From contig CP068257.2 in the NCBI GenBank assembly GCA_009914755.4, forward strand, positions 12,224,001 to 12,288,000: 64,000 nucleotides of DNA, read 5' to 3'. The position numbers and the translations under genes were made by a program. The notes beneath the pieces are model-generated. The model searched no databases and was not told where the DNA came from. It saw only the letters and a list, made by a program, of their open reading frames with translations. Positions 59,554-64,000 of this stretch are shown piece by piece. The first letter of the stretch is position 1, and every line of letters begins with the position of its first letter. Source of the DNA: the human T2T-CHM13v2.0 reference genome, Homo sapiens.

Positions 59554-60598
59554 CTGCAGATAAAGACATTTATCTTAAAATTCATTTTGTTAAAAAATAA
59601 ACAGTTTATCCTGTTATCTACCTCTGCAGATGTTGTTTGTTATCCTAATAAAATTTCTATGTTCTGGATTATTTTTCCTTTGCAGTTCTCAGATATTTAA
59701 TTTCTCACTTCAACATCTTCAAAAGAATGCATATACTTGAAAAGTAGTAAGGAAAGAATATTCTGCTAAAGGTTTTATTACTAGTCACTCTAGTATATAT
59801 TTTAAAAAAGGATACTGGAGATAATTCAGTAAAGTTACAAGTTCAAAATTACCTTTTCAAATCACACAGTCATAATTACTCCCTAATTAGAAAAGGTCAT
59901 TTACAATCAACTAAAATTTTAAAGTTACTATTTATTGACAAGTGTATAAGTTCACTAGAAATAAATTTTCATCTTTATGAAATATTGCGGGTGTCTCTCC
60001 AAATGATTTACAGAGTAAGATGTCTCTCACAAAAACTATATCTGCAAATGACTGTCATCCAAAACTAGGCTAAAGAGTCTAACATCTGTTACCCCACACT
60101 TTTTATAATTCTTTCTTAATACTTCCAATTCACCTTCTTATTACATATATTTTATATATTTATTAGCCTATTGTTCATTATGTGTAATATATAATTAATG
60201 CCCTTAATAAGTGTGTGTATGTTTACACAAGTTATGTTTTCCTGGGAAATCTAGTCCCAGAAGTGGAGTTGTTGAGTTAAAGGGATGTCAGGCTATTTGA
60301 AATTTTGATACACAGCACTAAGTTACCCTTCAGAACTAATTTACCAATTTCATATACCAACAGTGTATGAGAATGCCTTTTTCCTCACATTTGCCAACAC
60401 GAGTAATTACTTTTTAAATATCAGCATGACTTTACAAAATGTATCTTATTTTATGTTAATTTACATTTTTCTGGTTACCAGGTAGGGATAAATATCCCTG
60501 GTAAAAATATAAAATTTGTTAATCATAAGGAATATTAGTCCCATTTTGAATTAGTTTATAGCACAATGACAATTATCTCCTGTGAAATACTGCTATAG

Positions 60599-60895
60599 GT
60601 GGCAAGGCACAGTGGCTCACTCCTGTAAACCCAGCACTTCGGGAGGCTGAGATGGGCAGAACACCTGAGGTCAGGAGTTCCAGACCAGCTTGGTTAACAT
60701 GGTGAAACCTCATTTCTACTAAAAATGCAAAAAATTAGCCGGGCATGGTGGCACATGCCTGTAATCTCAGCTACTAGGGAGGCTGAGTCAGGAGAATCAC
60801 TTGAACCCAGTAGGCAGAGGTTTCAGTGAGGCAAGAACACACCATTGCACTCCAGCTTGGGCAACAAGAGAGAAACTCCATCTCAAAAAAAAAAA
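60599..60895 (+). mobile_element. Alu (sense)
   Basis: It runs 'ggcaaggcacagtggctcactcctgtaaacccagcacttcgggaggctgagatgggcagaacacctgaggtcaggagttccagaccagc...gcactccagcttgggcaacaagagagaaactccatctcaaaaaaaaaaaaaa'. Confidence 0.9.
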
Positions 60896-63096
60896 AAACC
60901 CAAACAAAACAAAACAAACACACTGCTATAGGCTTACTTACCTATCATGCTCTTCCTTCAGTTTCTTGGGAAATTGCTGAGGTTATGTTTTCCCAATCTT
61001 TCTTTGTTGGGTTAATCTGTCAGCAGCAGAAGAAGATGTACTATGACATGTATTTTCTGATAGTTGTATTTTTTCACTTTTGTATGTATTATTTCCTTCT
61101 TTGACCTTTAATAAAAGTAATATGAATAATAATTATTATTTTATTTAATAAAAAGAACATTTTCCCTGATTTTTTCACTTGATTCAGGTTAACTATCACC
61201 ATTTTAATGATAAAAGTATTTTGTGCTTACTTTAATTTTATCATTATACATAATTATTATAATTATAAGGTACTCATCATTTTATCATTGAAATTTTTGT
61301 CAAGTCTGCTCATTTCTGTTTGAGTGAATGGAAGAATTTTCCAAAATTTTAAAAAGTCCTCTTCTCCATTTTGTGCTTTTATTCCCATCCACTCTTTGCT
61401 ATCTGACATAAATGTTTATGCTATCTGACTAGCAGAAACAGAGAAATAAAAAGACACAGGTATAACATATGTCTTCTGTCTTTACCACATGGATTTTACA
61501 TGAAATAGCCAGATTAAGAGGATGTGACTTTGTAGGGCTTCAGGAACAGTAAAGAAGTTTTCCCTTTTCTGCACTAAGCTATTCTTTTCCCCAGTGCCTT
61601 TTATCTCTCTCTCTCTCTTTTTTTTTTTTTTTTGAATCCTGGGATATCAAAAAAGTAAAGGTTCTCCCTGAACTATGGGAACCAAAGTTTGCCACAACAC
61701 AAGAAGCAGAGTGAAACTGCTGAGTTTCTAGTGCAGAATTCTGGAAAATGAGATGCTTCCCAGATTTCACATTCTATTACCACAAAAGTTTATAGGTGAA
61801 AACCTTTGGTACAGTTACCTACTTTAGCCCCATTATCTACTGATAATGGGAGTCAAACCAACCAAGACATATTAAATGTTTCATCCAGAGCTCTTGAGGT
61901 GGCATTCCCTAGTATTTCATGGCACCAAATAACATGATACAATTCCATATTGCTGAATTACATAAATTACCAGATAAATTTATCAAATTAGTCAGATATA
62001 TTAAAAGTCTAACTTAAGCAAAGCAATTTAATGCCTCAGAGGGTGGAAAAAGGCCTCATCTGCTTTCACTTTGAAAGAAGAAAATCTCTAGATTTTTGTC
62101 TATCTTTAGAACACAATGTACAGAACTCAACTTTCTATAAAGAGTCAAAGGCTAAATTTTTGGCTAAGAAATTATGCTTCTTACGTGATAAAAATCATAC
62201 ATGCCAAAACTTACCATACTTTATTAAACAACATAATGTAAGGTCTGATTCAACAGAAATATTGGAGAGTGGTGATTTTTTAAAATATGTGGAAGTATAT
62301 ATTTGTTTTCAAAATATTGGAAATAACCATGATGGGACTATAAGTTCAAACAGTTTGAGCTAAGCAGATAAACTTGCACATGAAAACACATTAAACAGAC
62401 TCATTTGGCTGGGAATATCCATTGCAACTCTCAAGGCTAGACGTGTTTTTGTGGCTCATCTCAGTCATTGCTTCCCTCCCACTGTATTACCATTCTATCA
62501 TTAAATAAATGTAATTCATCTCTAAATGAATACAGAAAAAAGAATCTGGAATCTAGAGCTTATTTCTTTAGCAATTTCTTTATGTTGATCTGGTTCAGAA
62601 GGTCACATGGTATATGGCTGAATTAGTTTCCCAGCTCATATGCCACTTGGAAGACTGATAGGGAGACTTAGGTTGATTAATGAACAAACATTATGAGAAC
62701 ATTCTCCAGAATCGTTATTTAGATAGCAAAACTAATCTACTTTGACACATAATTACACATTTAGATAACCCCACTGTAACTGTACACATGAGATTTTCTT
62801 GAATAGAAAATCTGACTGAATCAAATAATTGATAAAGAGAAAAAAGAAGCAGCAAGTGAACCTCTGTCTTTTTGAAGTTGGACTTCCTTTCTCCAAAGCT
62901 AGGAACTCTACTGGTAACATGCTACCTCATTCTTTTTTACTATTATTATACTTAAAGTTCTGGTACATGTGCACAACGTGCAGGTTTGTTACATATGTAT
63001 ACATGTGCCATGTTGGTGACCTTGGAATATCTTGCTGTGTCTTCTAGCTATGTTTTTGATGTTCTCTCACTATGTGGCAAAGAATAAACCCACATT

Positions 63097-63835
63097 TTAT
63101 AATTCAAGATTCATGCTTTTGTAGTTATTAGCACTGGGATTGTCATATAGTGGCTTCTGGAGTAAGCACTGTATTGGTTTTCTGTTTTTATAAGTGTCTG
63201 TAGCAGCAGAAATACTGTGGCTTTCTATCTGAATCATATGCTTCATTTCTTTGAGGTAGGTAAACCACAAATCAAAAAGACTTTCTGGATCTCTAGACTG
63301 AGGCCAATGCCTAATGTCTAATTTCCAATTAGTGGTATTTGGGTTTATATTTTTTGCCATTTGCATGTGAAACTCTTAATCATCTTTCATTTCAATCATA
63401 ATTACTGGGTTCCTTAATGTTTCAGTTTCTGTATCATAACAAAAATTTTCATCATCTGTGTTAGAAACAAGCTATGTGTCTGGTTTGTTATCATTTTTAT
63501 AGTCTGATTTATTTTCATTTAAATGAAGCTTAGAAGATGACTGGTAAGTGTATTTCAGGGACCTGGAGTGTGAATGGAATAAAAAGACATTTGACATGGG
63601 ATTCCTCTGTTCAGGCGCTGCCTGGAATGCCACAGAGTTAGACCCTCCAGATGCATTTTTCTCCTCACAATCAGGGACCTGATTCATCAGATTAGAGGGC
63701 ACTCCTTTTTCGTTCGTCCCTCTTTAGAGTTACTATGTAGAAGCTCTTCCTCAGGGCAAGCAGTAATTTTGGAGTTTTCAAAACTTTTACCAATATTCAG
63801 CTTGAACTTGCTTGTAATGAATTTTAAAGAAAGTC
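63097..63835 (-). pseudogene. Large central (serine/asparagine-rich) exon-like segment of the same gene. One frame is open for about 245 codons but is interrupted by 2 in-frame stops.
   Basis: The minus-strand frame is 'SLKFITSKFKLNIGKSFENSKITACPEEELLHSNSKRGTNEKGVPSNLMNQVPDCEEKNASGGSNSVAFQAAPEQRNPMSNVFLFHSHSRSLKYTYQSSSKLHLNENKSDYKNDNKPDT*LVSNTDDENFCYDTETETLRNPVIMIEMKDD*EFHMQMAKNINPNTTNWKLDIRHWPQSRDPESLFDLWFTYLKEMKHMIQIESHSISAATDTYKNRKPIQCLLQKPLYDNPSANNYKSMNLEL*'. Confidence 0.5.
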
Positions 63836-64000
63836 ATGAATATACAGATAGATTCCCTTTATCACAATTCTTACCCAGTTCTGGTTCTTGAGGCTTTTTT
63901 TTTTTTTTTTTTTTTTGGCAGGTGCAAAAAGGAAAACAAATTTGCTTGTTTTGTTTCTCAGATGTCTTTTCTGTCAGAGTGCATGTTCTAAAATTAGCTT

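Noticed and set aside
63097-63366. 89-aa ORF 'MQMAKNINPNTTNWKLDIRHW...' as a stand-alone small gene
   Set aside because: It is the tail of a ~245-codon frame extending to 63835 that is interrupted by in-frame stops. It is better explained as a pseudogenised exon of the ANKRD-like gene.

Overview
This window is primate (human-like) nuclear DNA, not a prokaryotic locus; the evidence is Alu, L1, MaLR and SVA elements plus multi-exon genes on the minus strand. It divides into three zones.

Zone 1 (1 to about 25.7 kb) is a macrosatellite-like tandem array. It contains at least 8 copies of a 3.1-3.5 kb unit and runs off the left edge. The unit is itself a mosaic of diverged ERVL-MaLR (THE1/MST/MLT1-like) LTR-derived segments: two direct copies about 900 bp apart and one inverted copy. 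Copies are mostly about 80-90% identical, but one 2-kb patch is about 98% identical between non-adjacent copies. One unit carries a solo-LTR insertion.

Zone 2 (25.7 to 30 kb) is a GC-rich, CpG-poor block. It holds two separate inverted repeats with coding-like arms, a (TG)n tract, and a degenerate 17-18 bp minisatellite.

Zone 3 (30 to 64 kb) is AT-rich and intron-like, full of Alu and L1 fragments. It carries the exons of a minus-strand coiled-coil gene of the ANKRD26/ANKRD30/ANKRD36/CCDC144 (POTE-ankyrin) type. This copy looks like a pseudogene: it has in-frame stops in several exons, and its large coiled-coil exon is split by a 3.1-kb insertion.

That insertion is the most interesting object in the window. 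It is an antisense SVA (SINE-R, about 2 kb VNTR, truncated Alu-like region) whose 5' end is a spliced fragment of RHOT1/Miro1 mRNA (5'UTR plus codons 1-111). The RHOT1 fragment is joined at the classic antisense-Alu 'cccag|GCTGGAGTGCAG' acceptor. The whole element is flanked by a 13-bp target-site duplication at a TT|AAAA L1-endonuclease site. That is the signature of a 5'-transducing, exon-trapping SVA retrotransposition event.

There are no rRNA, tRNA or CRISPR features. All calls are from reading the sequence; no homology searches were run.
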